Shown piece after piece: positions 1 to 12,936 of a DNA stretch of 64,000 bases (position 1 is its first letter; every line of letters starts with the position of its first letter). The translations under genes and the position numbers were made by a program. The notes beneath the pieces were generated by a model that was not told the origin of the DNA, searched no databases, and was given only the letters and a program-made list of their open reading frames with translations. Where the stretch lies: NCBI GenBank assembly GCA_030390025.1, contig CM059431.1:110920001-110984000 (forward strand), written 5' to 3'. The DNA comes from Squalus acanthias (lineage: Eukaryota).

Positions 1-300
1 CCAGACGGCAAGCTTTCCAAAAGTGCAGGGCCTCACTAATGGCACACATGTAGCCATCAAGAATGCTGACAATATTCCATTCCATTCATAGCAGGTGGGG
101 TCAGACCACAGGAACAGAATAATGCAAGTTAATGCGTCCATGATGCCTTCATTTTAGAGCAGTCCACCGTCCCACCACTTTTTTTGAAGTAGTAGGCAGA
201 TTGGATGGCTGGCTGCTAGGGGAACAGGATCCTTGACCTTGGCTACAATTGAGAAGTCACTGAACAGAAGCCAAACAGAAGTACAACAAAGCTCACGGTC
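1..300 (+). pseudogene. Degenerate Harbinger transposase fragment (catalytic core), begins before the window
   Basis: Hand translation gives ASFPKVQGLTNGTHVAIK, QVGSDHRNRIMQVNA, HDAFILEQSTVPPLF and GWLLG with frameshifts. These match GFPMVQGAIDCTHVAL, HDAFILRQ and GWLLGDKG of the transposase at 16091. Confidence 0.8.
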
Positions 301-305
301 CAGAA

Positions 306-755
306 TTTTTTTTTTATATTCATTCACAGGTTTTGGGTGTCACTGGCAAGGCTGGCATTTATTGCCCATCGCTAATTGCCCTTGAGAAGGTGGTGGTGAG
401 CCGCCTTCTTGAACCGCTGCAGTCCATGTGGTTTGTCGTGGTGGTTTGGTACAACTGAGTGGCTCCAGAGGGCAGTTTAGAGTCAACCACATTGCTGTGG
501 GTCTGGAGTGACATATAGGCCAGACCGGGTAAGGACGGCAGATTTCCTTCCCTGAAGGACATTAGTGAACCAGATGGGTTTTTATGACAATCCGGTAGTT
601 ACATGGTCACCATTACTGATACAAGTTATTTATTCAATTAACTGAATTTAAATTCCCCAGCTACCATGGTGGGATTTGAACTCATGTCTCCAGATTATTA
701 GTCCAGGCCTCTGGATTACTAGTCCAACAACATAAGCACTATGCTCCTGTTCCCT
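306..755 (-). mobile_element. tRNA-derived SINE (family B) whose 3' tail is shared with a LINE
   Basis: The minus strand has a tRNA-like head with a B box (GAGTTCAAATCC). The tail ...GGCTCACCACCACCTTCTCAAGGGCAATTAG...ATGGGCAATAAATGC also ends the LINE fragment at 59685-59937. Paralogues at 12455 and 13970. Confidence 0.8.
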
Positions 756-769
756 GGGCTACAGATTAT

Positions 770-1386
770 CTTGTAAAATTGAGCTACTTACTGCCACGAG
801 TTACTGCCGCAATCCTGAACAAAATGGCGGCAGCCACTCTAACGCCCTTCTCTGGCATGGGACTCAGCGGCCGCCATTTTGGTGAGGGCCTTAGCGCTGT
901 CGATAGCAGTGCTGGCCATGGAGATGCAAATATGGAGCACTTTTCCCATTTTTTTAGGTGCGGAAGGCAATTCAGCTTTAAGAGTTGAAGACTCCCATTT
1001 GGAAAATCTTTTTAATGTTCATTTGTTTTTCAGAAGGCAGTTGAGCTGTAAGGGCTAAAAGCTGCCTATTTTTTAAATGATTTTTACTTTTTTCATTTTA
1101 GAAGGCAGTACCCCTTTAAGAGATCGCACTGCTTTCTGAAATGGCAGCCTTGCTTTAAGAGAAGGCTGTTCTTGCTGCAATGACGCTACGGCCACGCTAC
1201 ATTGGGCTTCCTGTTGGGACTACCGCCACATAAACGGCCTTGCACGGTGAGTTTAGCACTGGGCTAATGTTAATTAGCAACCAGCAGGGATATCCTGGTC
1301 CTACCAGCGCCATCAATTTCGGCAGCCGTTAACTCCGTCTCGCGGTGGCACCGGCAGGTTTTTAGCGCTCTCGAATTTCTAGGCCC
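770..1386. mobile_element. Non-autonomous Harbinger-type element (MITE/relic)
   Basis: Ends in GAATTTCTAGGCCC (Harbinger-type TIR). Segment 935-1020 is homologous to 23832-23915. Contains AAAATGGCGGC/GCCGCCATTTT motifs. Left end uncertain. Confidence 0.55.
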
Positions 1387-2429
1387 GCGTCTCCACCCAA
1401 ATTTTGGTAGAACATATAATTGCCACACGAAAGGAGCTTCAGCTGCATGGCCATATCCATCAGATGGGGGAGGTGGGGATACTCCTCTAATACTCTTACA
1501 GGGTAGCAAAAGTGATCTTCATCTGTTGTATCTTGCATACCTTTGCTCTCCAGAGAGGGTCGACACGCCTCTATCCCACTGCATTGATTTATTCCCAATA
1601 AAGATATACACTACATACCAAAGAAGCTACAAGCCCTTTATTTCCATCATATAGTTTAGCGCGTGTTCTCAATATTTATTCCCTGTTGCTTGATTTTGGT
1701 AAGAATGAATGATGTGTGTCATCTCCTACCTAAGCAAGCGCTCCTTCTAAGTACCAGCTCAGTGAGAGAGGCAAGTGTGGTGGCAACCTACTGGTCCTCA
1801 TTGGGGCCCCGTGATACAGCTATGGGACTGCGCCTTTTGCTGATGTGTTGTGAGATGGCTGCTCAACTACTGACAACACTTTGGCCCCTACTTTTGCTGC
1901 GTGCTCCTATCCAGTACCTGCCGTCACAGTCCTCTGGGGCACGTAGCTCGGATGGGCAGACGTGGCACCACCCTGAGTGGGAGCTGCCTCATTTAGCCTC
2001 CTCCTCCCTAAGTGCTGGCAATGAACCCCTCTCCAGCCAGTCCTCTCGACTCTTCAAGCCAAAAATGAGAGCCTGCTGTAAATTCGAGCCCCAATTCTCA
2101 ATAACCACGATTACAGTACTGGCAAGGCAAATGGTGTGTACACTTTGGGTTTATGCTCTTGGAAGCATCCTTTGCAGATTCCCGTGGAGAGGCCACTAGC
2201 CCTGTGGTGGACTGTAGGTTTCCCAAACCCTCTCACATGATTGCACAGATGCTGGAGCAGCGCTTCTACAGAGTTTCTGGCATGCAATTCAGGGAACTCT
2301 GAATATGCTCAAAGGACTGCAGGAAGATTCTGCTCCTTTGATGTATTCTCTTCTATATCCCGTCAATATTACTAGCAGAGCTCACCTAAATATCTCACTC
2401 GACCTACTGTAACAATCACTACAGAAGTA

Positions 2430-2618
2430 TCAAGATGCCCAACTATCGTTTATTTTTTTCTGGCTAAAGCATTGAAACCGCTTGTTCCACTTCTGTGGTA
2501 ATGTCCCACAATTTCTTGATAGCTTCCTTTTTGTGTGGTCCAACTCATGTTTGACTCTCCACTTTAGCTCATTCATCATCACTTGATGGCACCCACGTTT
2601 CTCTTCACATGGAAACAT
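2430..2618 (-). pseudogene. Probable highly decayed Myb/SANT partner gene of the Harbinger relic at 1-300
   Basis: ORF MFPCEEKR...W...FQCFSQKKINDSW loosely resembles LFP...W...QCRKKFNDL. It is convergent to the transposase relic, as in the intact element. Confidence 0.35.
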
Positions 2619-4714
2619 TCGTGTAACTTGTTGGTAATACTGGCTACACTCTGAACTCTGACCTTGTAATCCTAAATATCACCTTTGTTTTAGCAAGACA
2701 TCAAAAAGCTCTCATTACTGACATGGTAGAAAATTAATGTGCAGCAATATTAATTTCTAACCATATAATAGGTAGATGGGTTTCTCAAGGTCACCATTAT
2801 GGCTACACTAGCTATTTACAATCTTCTTTCCATCCTGTTTATGGGCTCAGTTTTATTTATTTAGCATTATGGCCAAAATAAACTTCCTCTACATTTGATG
2901 AGGCAAACATGTGCTCGATGAGATTTTGTGCAATATTCTGCCAATCCATTTGTCACAGAGCATTTAATATATTCTGTGCTTCAAAGGTCAGGACAAGGCA
3001 ACATAGGTACATGACCTAATGCTTTGCCATCAGTGCTTTGTTACACCTTTGGTGCTACAACATCATGAAGAAAAGTGCGAAGTGCTAGAGTGGAGGACCT
3101 GGCAACAAATGTGTATATTAAAATAAAAGTCAAAGTTACAGTAGTTGCAAAATGGTAAGTTGTTCAAACTTAAATACTTGTGCCACCATCCTATGGTAGA
3201 TAAGGACTCCATATTCTACGCTATTTCCTCTTTTACAGGCCATGTTCTGTCATGTCAAAAATACATTTAAATTGTCTATTTAATGTTTACTAACAGAATC
3301 TCCTGCGCTGCTAGTCATGGTGAGATTGAGGATTAGAATGACGGCACAAACTAAAGGTAAAGAGGCGAGGCAAAAACTCCTGAGGAGAAGGGTAGGGAAG
3401 GAGGAAATCTCCGGAGTCTTTGAAGAGGAATGCTTGAATGGAGGGATTGTAGGTTTCTATGGAAGGTTGAGCTAAACAGGCCAAATGGCCTCTCTCACCC
3501 ATGTTTATCTGTGTGTTCTTCCTGATCAGCTGTTTTATAATGACAGGAACATTATACTGTTGGATGCTTAAGGTATCACAAATACCCCGAAAATGCAGTG
3601 AAGGAAACAGATACTAAATAAAGCAGCCAGAAGGCTTCAAAACTGCCAGATATTCCCACTATTTTCTCAGGCCTGCTGTGGCAGCTGTAGTCCTGCCCAA
3701 GTTTCTATGTGCAAGGCCCTGCAAGGGGAAGGGCCTGCCTGAGCAGCATGTCGGGTACAAGATAATACCCTGATCCCAAAAATACAGGCAGGTTCAGGTC
3801 ATTACAAATAGAGAGCACTTTGGAATCACTCAGCCAGCCTGTACTCAGGTGCGGGAAGGACAGGCAAATCAGCCTCCATATCTCCTGGTCCTACCGTTGA
3901 GTTTTGCAATTGAAAGTCGAAGCAGGAAGAGGTGGTGATACAAGCCAAAAAGTGTTCCCCCTGTGTTATGATTACAATCACAAAAGAATAATGATTCAAA
4001 GTTATCTTGCAGATGTTGCCAAGTTTGTTCCCGCCCATTTTCTTCGTTTGGCCTTTTCCCTGATGGATAACGGTTATTTGAGGTCAGATATTTTACTTAC
4101 AGATGGTGCACTAAACCCCATGGGTTCCTCAGAAGCTTACAGCATCTTGTACGACCAATCAGCAGGGAATGTTCTTCAATGCTATTTTTGTGTTCGGACG
4201 AAAGCAATTCTAGAGCAAATCATTTTTCCGTTTGGAAGCATTTTTCTTGCAAGCCTTTTGGTGTGCAGCATTATTTTTCTTTTGAAGAAAGCTAATTCTT
4301 CAACAGAGATGCGACTGTAAAATGCTTCTCAACTTGGAAGAAAATAAAATTGAGATGGCCTAGGTCCTGTTCCTCCTGTTTGAGCTGTGTCTCCCGAGGC
4401 CATTCACAGAGGGAAACCACTCAATCTTATTCATCTCAGTTTTTGCATAAGTTTGTTCATTTTTCAGACAGATTGCTGGACAGAGCATTACACAGAGCTA
4501 AGGCATTGCACCTAGGGAGGAAAGAAAAGTTGATATTTTCTGATTAACCCACGCACACACGGCTCAGACTATCCTCCCTTCTCTGTCTGGAGGTGGGTGT
4601 GTGGTAGTAAGAGGCCTGACAAAGGGAAAGAGTACACATTTATATTCCATTTGTTTATTAATTGTCTTCTTATTTATTCTTACATAAAGTCTAGGTCATG
4701 AATATAAAGACTGA

Positions 4715-5479
4715 GGCCCAGAAATTGGACTTCGATGGTTGCCGCGGGGGTAAGGATCGTGCGCGATCTTACCTACCGCGCCTGCCTTTATGGTTTTGGC
4801 CCACACGAACTTCAGTTCCTGGGCCTCTCCCTGGTGCCAGCGCACAGTGTGTGCGTGTCCCAGAGGCGCAGTTAGTTCGATGCGACCTCTGGGATCACGT
4901 GGGCCATGGAGAGCCAATGGCAGCACACCATCTTTCATTCATAGTTTTGACAGGAAGAGCTGTCAAAACTATGAATACAACTTGCCCCCAAAAGAACAGC
5001 TAAACCTCAATTAAATTTAAAAAAAAACCCATCACATTAATAAAATAACTATAGTTAAATAAATTAACCACTATAAACAAAAATTTAAATTTTTGAAAAA
5101 ATTTAAATTCTTTTTAAAAGTTATAAAAATAAACTTACCTTTCTTTAAAGTCTCTAAAAAAGATAAACCTGTTGAAAAAAATTTAAAATAATACTTAATT
5201 AACTACTTACCTTGTTAAAAGGGGGTCTTACACCTCCTTTCTTCATGTGTAAAATCTTCAACACTTACCTTCGCGTTCAAACCTGAAAAAAAAACTAAGT
5301 GTGCTGCGTGCGCACAGCCTGTAGTGCGCACGCGGTTCACTTAGGAACCGCCCCTTCGCCATATCGGAAGTGCCAGTTTCCTGCGCATACGCAGTGCATG
5401 CAGGAAACCGGCACTTCGGGACCGAATATGGGTGAATACACAGTGCGTACTCTCCCGTATTCGGACGAATTTCTGGGCC
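4715..5479. mobile_element. MITE family A, copy 1 (Harbinger-type termini)
   Basis: Perfect 12-bp TIR GGCCCAGAAATT...AATTTCTGGGCC. Colinear with 12937-13680 and, inverted, with 15394-15578 + 19746-20326. Confidence 0.9.
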
Positions 5480-5654
5480 TATAGGAACAGAATGGAGAAC
5501 AAGCAATAACTGTATATCCTACCGACAGAATGTCAAAATATTCCATGTCAGCCTATAGATCCATGTTATAGATTTGTGTATTCTTTAAATAAAAGTCATT
5601 CAGCCATTTATTTATCCAGCAATGCAATTGAAATGACATATCATGAAAACTGTT

Positions 5655-5985
5655 CCGTCTTTCGGAAGAGACGTTAAACCGAGGCCCCGTCTGCTCTCTC
5701 AGGTGGACGTAAAAGATCCCATGACACTATTTTGAAGAAGAGCAGGGGAGTTATCCCCGGTGTCCTGGCCAATATTTATCCCTCAATCAACATCACTAAA
5801 ACAGAATATCTGGGCATTATCACATTGCTGTTTGTGGGAGCTTGCTGTGTGCAAATTGGCTGCCGCGTTTCCTACATTACAACGGTGACTACACTCCAAA
5901 AAGTACTTAATTGGCTGTAAAGCGCTTTGGGACACCCGGTGGTTGTAAAAGGCGCTATATAAATACAAGTCTTTCTTTTTTCTTT
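5655..5985 (+). mobile_element. Deu-domain SINE (SacSINE1/AmnSINE1-like), 5' truncated
   Basis: Contains TTAAACCGAGGCCCCGTCTGCTCTCTCAGGTGGACGTAAAAGATCCCATG...GAAGAAGAGCAGGGGAG, recognised as the Deu core, and an L2-type tail AAAGGCGCTATATAAAT.CAAGTCTTTCTTT. Confidence 0.85.
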
Positions 5986-7106
5986 AGTTCTGAGAAAACT
6001 CCGATACAGCATTCGGCTTTTTGATATCTCAATATTGCATGAAAAAGCAGGTAATATTTAATTCAGATTCTCCCTGGTTTGTAAGCAAGAGATTCTTGCC
6101 TATAGTACCAGGCAGCTGACTGCAAACATCCCCTTGGCCTCTGCCAATGTTGCTTTGTGAACAGCTGGCAGGGGTGCTGAGGTGTGACTGCTGGTCTAAA
6201 CTATGCCAATTTCCTCTCTAGTCACAAAGGCTGGGCACCTTGCCTGGGCTCAGTGACTGCATCTGATGAGTTGGCCGAGATTGGCAACATGTGGAGGGAA
6301 TGCCTGCGAGCAAATTCTCAGTCAAGGCTGGGAATTGAACCCAGGTCTGTCTGTCTGTGGAGTAGCTCATTAGCACAGTGCATCACAATTCTACTGCACT
6401 TATATATATATATCTCCCCTGATTGTAACTGAGGATTAATATCAGCTGTACAAGCATACAGTGAGACCGTTTACATATTTATTTCATGTACAGTTTGTTA
6501 TTCTTCACTTAAACAAGTTTTAACTTACTTTTCATTTTGGATGTTTTATTAGGTCGTGAGTATGGAGGGCCATTTGTTTATTTTCAAAATATACATGTTT
6601 TCTCTCATGCGACAGCTGTAAAAGTAATTTTCATCACATTTCTAATGTCGAAAATTACAAACTAGGGCCATATTAAAGAGCTCCAGGCATGTAACACATT
6701 GGTGCTCGAATCAGCCGTGCCACAGAGTAATAGAACAGGGGGTCACCCCAGGGAGATTACAAAGAGTCAGTCGGAGCTTCAGGGATAGGGGTGGTGAGTG
6801 AAGTTCAGCTGCTGCCACAGGCCAAACAGAGCAATCCTGGGTGTTATCATGGATGCTTCATTGATATCTGAGAGTCAGTTCGAAAGCAGAGGCATCTGAG
6901 CTTTATCTCTCAGATGGGGAGTGGTGGGCAATATAGAGAGGAGCGGGAAAACTATATTTTGAAGGAGGCAAACAAGTTAGTAAAGGGTAAAATCACAGAA
7001 GTATGGCATCGAGAATTGTGGGTGTTCCTCAGTTCACGATATTTTCTGCATTAGTAAAAAATATGGGGTGGCCTGGCAGCTATAACAATACAGCATCAGA
7101 GTGCTT

Positions 7107-7730
7107 GGCCTAGAAATCGGATTATTGGACGATAAACGGGCACTGCCGGGCCCAATATGGCGTGTGGCTCAGTCCGCACAGGAAGTGCGCCGCCCGTAGT
7201 CTTCCAGGGCGCTCGGCTGAAGCTGATGCCAGGCCGATTGCTGACGTGATTCGAGGGCCTAATGCACGTTTCAGGTCCATTTGTGAAATCGGTTGGCGGC
7301 TGACCGCAGTACGTGCCGCGCATTCACGTGGTCGGTTTTCTCAGGCGCGCAGCAGCCAAACCAACGGCCCCTACAGAGATCGCTGGAGACTGCCACCCCA
7401 AAAGGCCAGTTAAAAGTTACATTAAAACTGCGGGCCAACGCCGCCAGCGCTCGTCCTTCCCATCCCCCGACCCCAACTCTGGAATTACCTTAGGCCCTCA
7501 CTGGCGTCCCAGCCGATTGGTCTGGCTCCCACACACCCCCCCTCGATTCCACCCCCGCCCCCACCCCCGTGACCAATGAGCTGCCTCTGGGGCCGCGACT
7601 GCCAACCGCAGCTCGCCGGCCACGTACAAATGAGGCCGCTGGACCAATTTGCCATGATCCCACAATGGCAGTGTGCGCTTCACCTGAAACGTGCCCCACT
7701 TCAGCCGCCAGCCAATGACGAGGCCCTCTA
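7107..7730. mobile_element. GC/CpG-rich non-autonomous Harbinger-type element
   Basis: Starts GGCCTAGAAATC (same terminal class as family A), with an abrupt rise in CpG. Right end unclear. Confidence 0.5.
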
Positions 7731-8783
7731 GTCTCAGTCCAAATATATGCCGAATATTTGTACTTGGACTTCGTTCTGAAAGCAATCAATAGGAATCTCA
7801 GACACAGTGACTATGTGAGGGATCATGGGAAACCTGGACGGCAGGTTGCTGTATTGACAACCCTTGTACTGTCGGCAGGTCAGACAGTTTTATCCTTTCA
7901 ACCAATTAAGATGCTTGTGGGTTGCTAAATTGAGGAAACAAAATGTGAAGCGATGCCATTGCAGCACTGAAGAGGTTAACCAAACGTCTGTACTACTGGC
8001 CAGTGGTCATGGTGTGAGTAAAAAAAATTCTGACCACTGTCCTCATGCTCAATCTGAAACTAGATGCAGCATGCTGGGAATTTGCTGTTAATACATCAGT
8101 CATACGTAACACATGCATGGAGCGATACAAATACTTGTGGATAATGACACAATTGCCAGGCCGCAAGCTAAACTAAAAATAATGAACACAATAGCAGTGG
8201 CAATTAAAATGCAGGTCTTGCTTTGTTAGTTCCTGGTTGCGTGACTCAGAGCCAAGGTATTGTGTAGCCTAGGTAGTTCATTTTGGATTGATTTTCCATC
8301 AGGTTTTGCTTATGGCCCCCATTTCTCCCCCTTCCACTTACAACACAGTAAATACTTCAGGAAGTTGCCTCAGCGAAACAGACTGTCTGGAGCATGAAGG
8401 AATGCAGCAAAGGATAATCACAATATTATCAACTCCCTATCCTCCAAGGTAGCTGGTCAATAATGCAGTTCTAATTGAATAACTTATCTGCAGCTATTTC
8501 CCCTGGGAGAGGCGTAGATGCAGCATTTTCAGCGACGGCAGATGGTGCAGCATATACAATGGAAAAATACTGTGGTTTTCCTCGTTCCTGGAGCCCAGAG
8601 CTGAAGGGAATTCCCTTTCACTGTTCAGTCCACAGAGGAAAAAAAATCAAAGAAAGCCTCGTAATACATTGATTCAAAAGGAAAAAAGAATTATGATTCC
8701 GTCTCAAAATTCCATCTAAATAAGGCTTCAATGTATTTATATTGCAACTGAGTGCCTTTATCAAGCAGTTACTACAAGACATA

Positions 8784-8972
8784 GGGAGTCATTTTAACTT
8801 AACTCGCCGGGCAGGAATCCCACGGGATCGGGTGGAACGCCGGCTTTACGTCCCGCCCAATATTGCTCCCCGCTGTCTTCAACGGAGAGTAAAATCGGGC
8901 GGGGGTGTAAAACCAGCGTTGCGCCCAATCCCACCAGTTTCCCGACGGGCTGATTAGGTTAAAATTGTTCCC
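8784..8972. mobile_element. Short MITE
   Basis: Imperfect TIR GGGAGTCATTTTAAC ... GTTAAAATTGTTCCC with a CpG-rich interior. Confidence 0.65.
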
Positions 8973-9751
8973 TCGAGGCAGTTTCCTTACTCTAACAGTC
9001 AATCAAGTCTGAAGAGCAGTGAGAAGAAGGTAGCCTTGTTGGCCAAAGAGTAACTTCAGAAAGTTCCTTTCATCTCTGGAGATCAGGGCCTGGATTTCCC
9101 TCCCACTGGCGGGTTAGCGGTGGAACAGGAACACCATTCTCCAGTGCGAATCCCCTGCTAACCCACTGCAATTTCCTCCAGGTATCTCATCTGCTGCACA
9201 AGGCGGGTTTGGAGCAATAACACCGTTGCTGATAGGTTCACCGCTGCGGAGAAGGAGGGAAACTCAGTTAAAGAACGGCATCACTTTTCTGCAAGAATGG
9301 CTAAAGCATCGGCAGCCTCTTTGGTGTCAGCATCTGGAAGGGTTCTGAGATTTTTTTGAACAAATCCCTGGCTTCCAAGGGTATTTTTTTGGGGCTGTAC
9401 GGACACAGACCAGCAGCTCCTCTGAACCTCTGCCTGTTGGCATTGGGCCTACTGCTTGAAGGCCCCCTCCAGTGCCTACACACGAGGCGGCGAGAAGCCT
9501 AGCACCTCTTGCCACTGTAAGAGAAAGGCTGCTGGAAACTGCTCCCCTGAGACGAGAGTTACCTTAGGGCTCTAAAGCTCCAGGAGGCACCATCCCAGCC
9601 ACCCACCTCTCGATCCCATCTCACTCAGACTTGGAATAGTAGATTAGGATCACAGACGATTAAGTTAGCTGGCACAAAGAGTAGACATGGCATTGAAAAG
9701 TGGTTGTCCCTAGAGTGGTTCCAATTTATTGCCCTTTTTGAAAAGTCTGTC

Positions 9752-9875
9752 GGGATAATTTTGACTTCTGGTGATCGTGTAAAACGTCAACAGAAACAAA
9801 AATCGAGATGTATAATGAGAGGCCAATCGATATTTGCCTGTTTTACACTAATGGCGAAAGTCAAAAATTAACCCC
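9752..9875. mobile_element. Tiny hairpin-like MITE (~124 bp)
   Basis: GGGATAATTTTGACTT..GTGTAAAAC is inverted relative to GTTTTACAC..AAGTCAAAAATTAACCCC. Confidence 0.65.
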
Positions 9876-10009
9876 AGTGTGTGAAGTAAACACAGCAAGT
9901 GCACGAAGAGTTTGGAGCTCATTTCTGTGTATGCGTTCAGCTTTTGGAGGTTGGTATGATGGCAGGGGAAATGTAGACTTTTGTCTTACGAAGGAACTCG
10001 GCAGAAGTT

Positions 10010-10520
10010 ATTGACAGGCACATTGCGAGAGCGTGGGGACATGGTGGACTGCTGGAAAAGAAAGGCATCATGACCCTTGCTGGGCAAGTGGACATTCACC
10101 TACGTTATCCTGTGCAGATAGTCACAGGGCTGCTGCTCATTGAGTAGAAGCCCTTCCGGCTCATGGATGGGCCTCATGGATGGAGTACTCCTCTGTGCTG
10201 GGAAGAAAAATCCTAGGATTCTCTTGTCCATGGGGAAAATGATGCGATTACTTACTCTTGTAAACAAGGCCCCAGTAACCTGCCTGATGCATCTGACTGC
10301 ACTGCAGACAGACTGATGTTAATGATGCCCATGCCGACAGCCTGGAAGGAGCCCGAGGCAATAATGTTCAAGGTGGCTGTGACCTTCAGGGCCAAGGAAG
10401 TGCCTGCCTGCCTTGAAGCTTGGCTGGAGGTCTTCCTGCAGGATATTGCACAAGTCTCTCACCATCTCCTTTGTGCCTGTGCATGCGTTGCTTTTTTGCC
10501 CAGTCACGATAATTGCACTG
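10010..10520 (-). pseudogene. Degenerate Harbinger transposase
   Basis: Across frameshifts the minus strand reads KEMVRDLCNILQEDLQP, LKVTATLNIIASGSFQA, CIRQVTGALF, RKGFYS and GHDAFLFQQST. Confidence 0.8.
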
Positions 10521-10954
10521 TGCTGTTTGCACAGTGATGGAATGTGAGAAGCCTCCTTTTGCAAAGTAGCTTTGCTTCCCCTGGCATCCGAACATTCCTC
10601 CTCAAGCTCCTCCTCTTCCTTCACTTTGACTAACACAGGAGAACACAAGTGCAGCAAAGACGGTTTTAAATCACTGGGAAAGAAAACTATCATTATATCC
10701 AAAGTCAAAGCAGCTGGTTACCCCTTTAAAAATCTTTCGACCCAAAGTTGCAGCCTAGCAACTCAGAACGCCCCATATATGTTAGCATTCTTTGCACCCT
10801 CATACATCCAGCTTGATGGCAGGAAAATGATGCAGAAGGCGTTGTTACATCACCCCTGCATCTTTTCCATTTCAGGCAAGAGTTACCTTCGCCTGCCCCT
10901 TTGCTCGCTGCAGGTCATGTATAGGAACATTTTCCCCACATAATTAAAAAACGG

Positions 10955-11305
10955 ACTCTATGGCGCCTTCCACGATCGCAGGACGTCCCAAAGCACTTTA
11001 CAGCCACTGAAGTACTTTTGAAGTGCAGTCACTGTTGCAATGTAGGAAACGCAGCAGCCAATTTGGTGCACAGCAAGCTCCCACAAACAGCCATGAAATA
11101 AATGACCATGATCATCTGTTTTTAGGTGTTAGTTGAGGGATAAATGTTGGCCGGGACACTGGGGAGGACACCCCTGCTCTTCTTCGAAATAGTACCATGC
11201 GATCTTTCACGCCCACATGAGAAGGCAGACGGGGCATCGGTTTACCGTCTCATCTGAAAGACAACACCCCACGACAGTGCAGCATTCCCTCAGTACTGCA
11301 CCGAA
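10955..11305 (-). mobile_element. Deu-domain SINE
   Basis: Reverse complement of the element at 5655-5985. Confidence 0.85.
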
Positions 11306-12739
11306 TTACCAGCCTAGTCAACTCTGAGGGAGCTGAAGTTTCATTAGAGAAGATACAAGGCCTGCTTTGCCCTACCAGGCACTTTAACAGAGGAGCAGCG
11401 CTCACAGGAAGTGCTGGTTGGGAAACTGTGAGCCCAAAGTCCCTCATTTTCCATTCAGTCATTTAAATGGATGGAAAATCACGGGCTGTGGCCCTACAAT
11501 TTCCTGACCGACACTCCCTGCAAACGTCACCTTTCACCACTGGGCACAGTCGTAGCCTCAGCTCCGCATCGGCTGTACATTATAATTTAGTTCCCTCATA
11601 TTTTCAGGCTCACTGACTCTTCCAAGCCATTACCCACAACGTTGCCATCAGCACACACTGTTTAAACAAAATTATTCAGGAAAACAAACCACAATGGACA
11701 GAACACAGGGAAATGTGGACGGTTATCTTAATTCGTTGTAACTATTTTGATTTTTAAATGGTGTCCTCATTAAGGTTTGAACTGCAAATCATTACAGAAA
11801 CTAAATGGATTTAAGATAAAAATTAGACATATTCCATGGTGATATTAAAAGAAATCTGTTGTCACAACATCCATAGAAAACCATGTTTGTGATTTTCTGT
11901 TAGCCCTGTCAATGCCTGGAGGCATGTTTGTGTCTAACAAACTTGCTTGTAATTTCCCTGGCAATTAGATTTCTAAACTTAAATGCTGAAAAAAACAACA
12001 AATTATGAACTACTCCGGAAAATTTTAATTTTGCAGTAAATAAATATGCTTTGTAGTATAAAAGACAATTGAGAGCTTTAAATGGCTGCAGCACAGAACT
12101 GAAATAACCTCTTAAGTCTAGTTTCCCCATTTTACCATCCTTGCACTGTGTTAGAAGCTCTTGTGCTCTTTTGATGCCAGGGTTGAAGCTGCATTGCCGA
12201 TGAAATTCCAGGGGCGTGTGCCAGCCTTACCATGAGCCTGCGCCACTCCTAACCTTGAAGCAACATCATGAGATAGATTGTGTGGGATGGTGAAAAATGA
12301 CGTCATGCTCAACACACCTCCTGTCTGTAGCTGTTATCTATGGCTAAGGGTTACAGCGCACTATCGAGTACATAATACCGGGGGCATCTTTTAAAGGACG
12401 GATGCCAGAGTTATAATAATAAAAGCACCTTTACGTCTGATTTGCCCGACTTTTTAAAAATTCATTCTTGAGCTGTGAGCGTAGCTGGCAAGGCTAACAT
12501 TTATTACCCATCCCTTAGTACCCTGCGAAGGTGGTGGTGGGTTTTTTTCTTGAACCGCTGTAGTGGTTTGATCCAACTGAGTGGCCTGCTCGGCCACTTC
12601 ACAAGGCAGTTAAGAGTCAATCACATCGGTGTGGGACTGAAGTCACATATAAGCCAGACTAGGTAAGGGCGACAGGCTTCCTTCCCTAATGTGAGAAGTC
12701 GCACAACACCAGGTTATAGTCCAACAGCTTTATTTGAAA

Positions 12740-12776
12740 TCACAAGCTTTCGGAGCGCTGCTCCTTCGTCAGGTGA
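12740..12776 (-). ncRNA. Minimal type I hammerhead ribozyme motif of a Penelope LTR
   Basis: UCAC CUGACGA A GGAGC agc GCUCC GAA AGCU U GUGA: core boxes, 5-bp stem II, palindromic AGCU in place of stem III, 4-bp stem I. Confidence 0.75.
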
Positions 12777-12936
12777 AGTGAAGAGATGCATATAGGCACA
12801 GCATATATAGTCAGAGAACACTGCCAGATGATTACAGTTCATCTTTCTAACTGCCCTTTATCACACCTCGGCAGAGAGATAATCACGGCAATCATAGGTG
12901 TGGATGGTGTCCAAACAGGTCAGTCAGGAAAACAAT

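Noticed and set aside
1663..2199. 178-aa plus-strand ORF
   Set aside because: No motif. It lies within a probable decayed Harbinger interior and is likely a chance frame.
3904..4320. 138-aa ORF with a hydrophobic C-terminus
   Set aside because: Non-ATG start, no recognisable domain, and no supporting plus-strand splice structure.
5732..5968. Short ORFs recurring across the window (YPSINITKT..., ITLLFVGACC...)
   Set aside because: These are translations of Deu-SINE copies, not genes.
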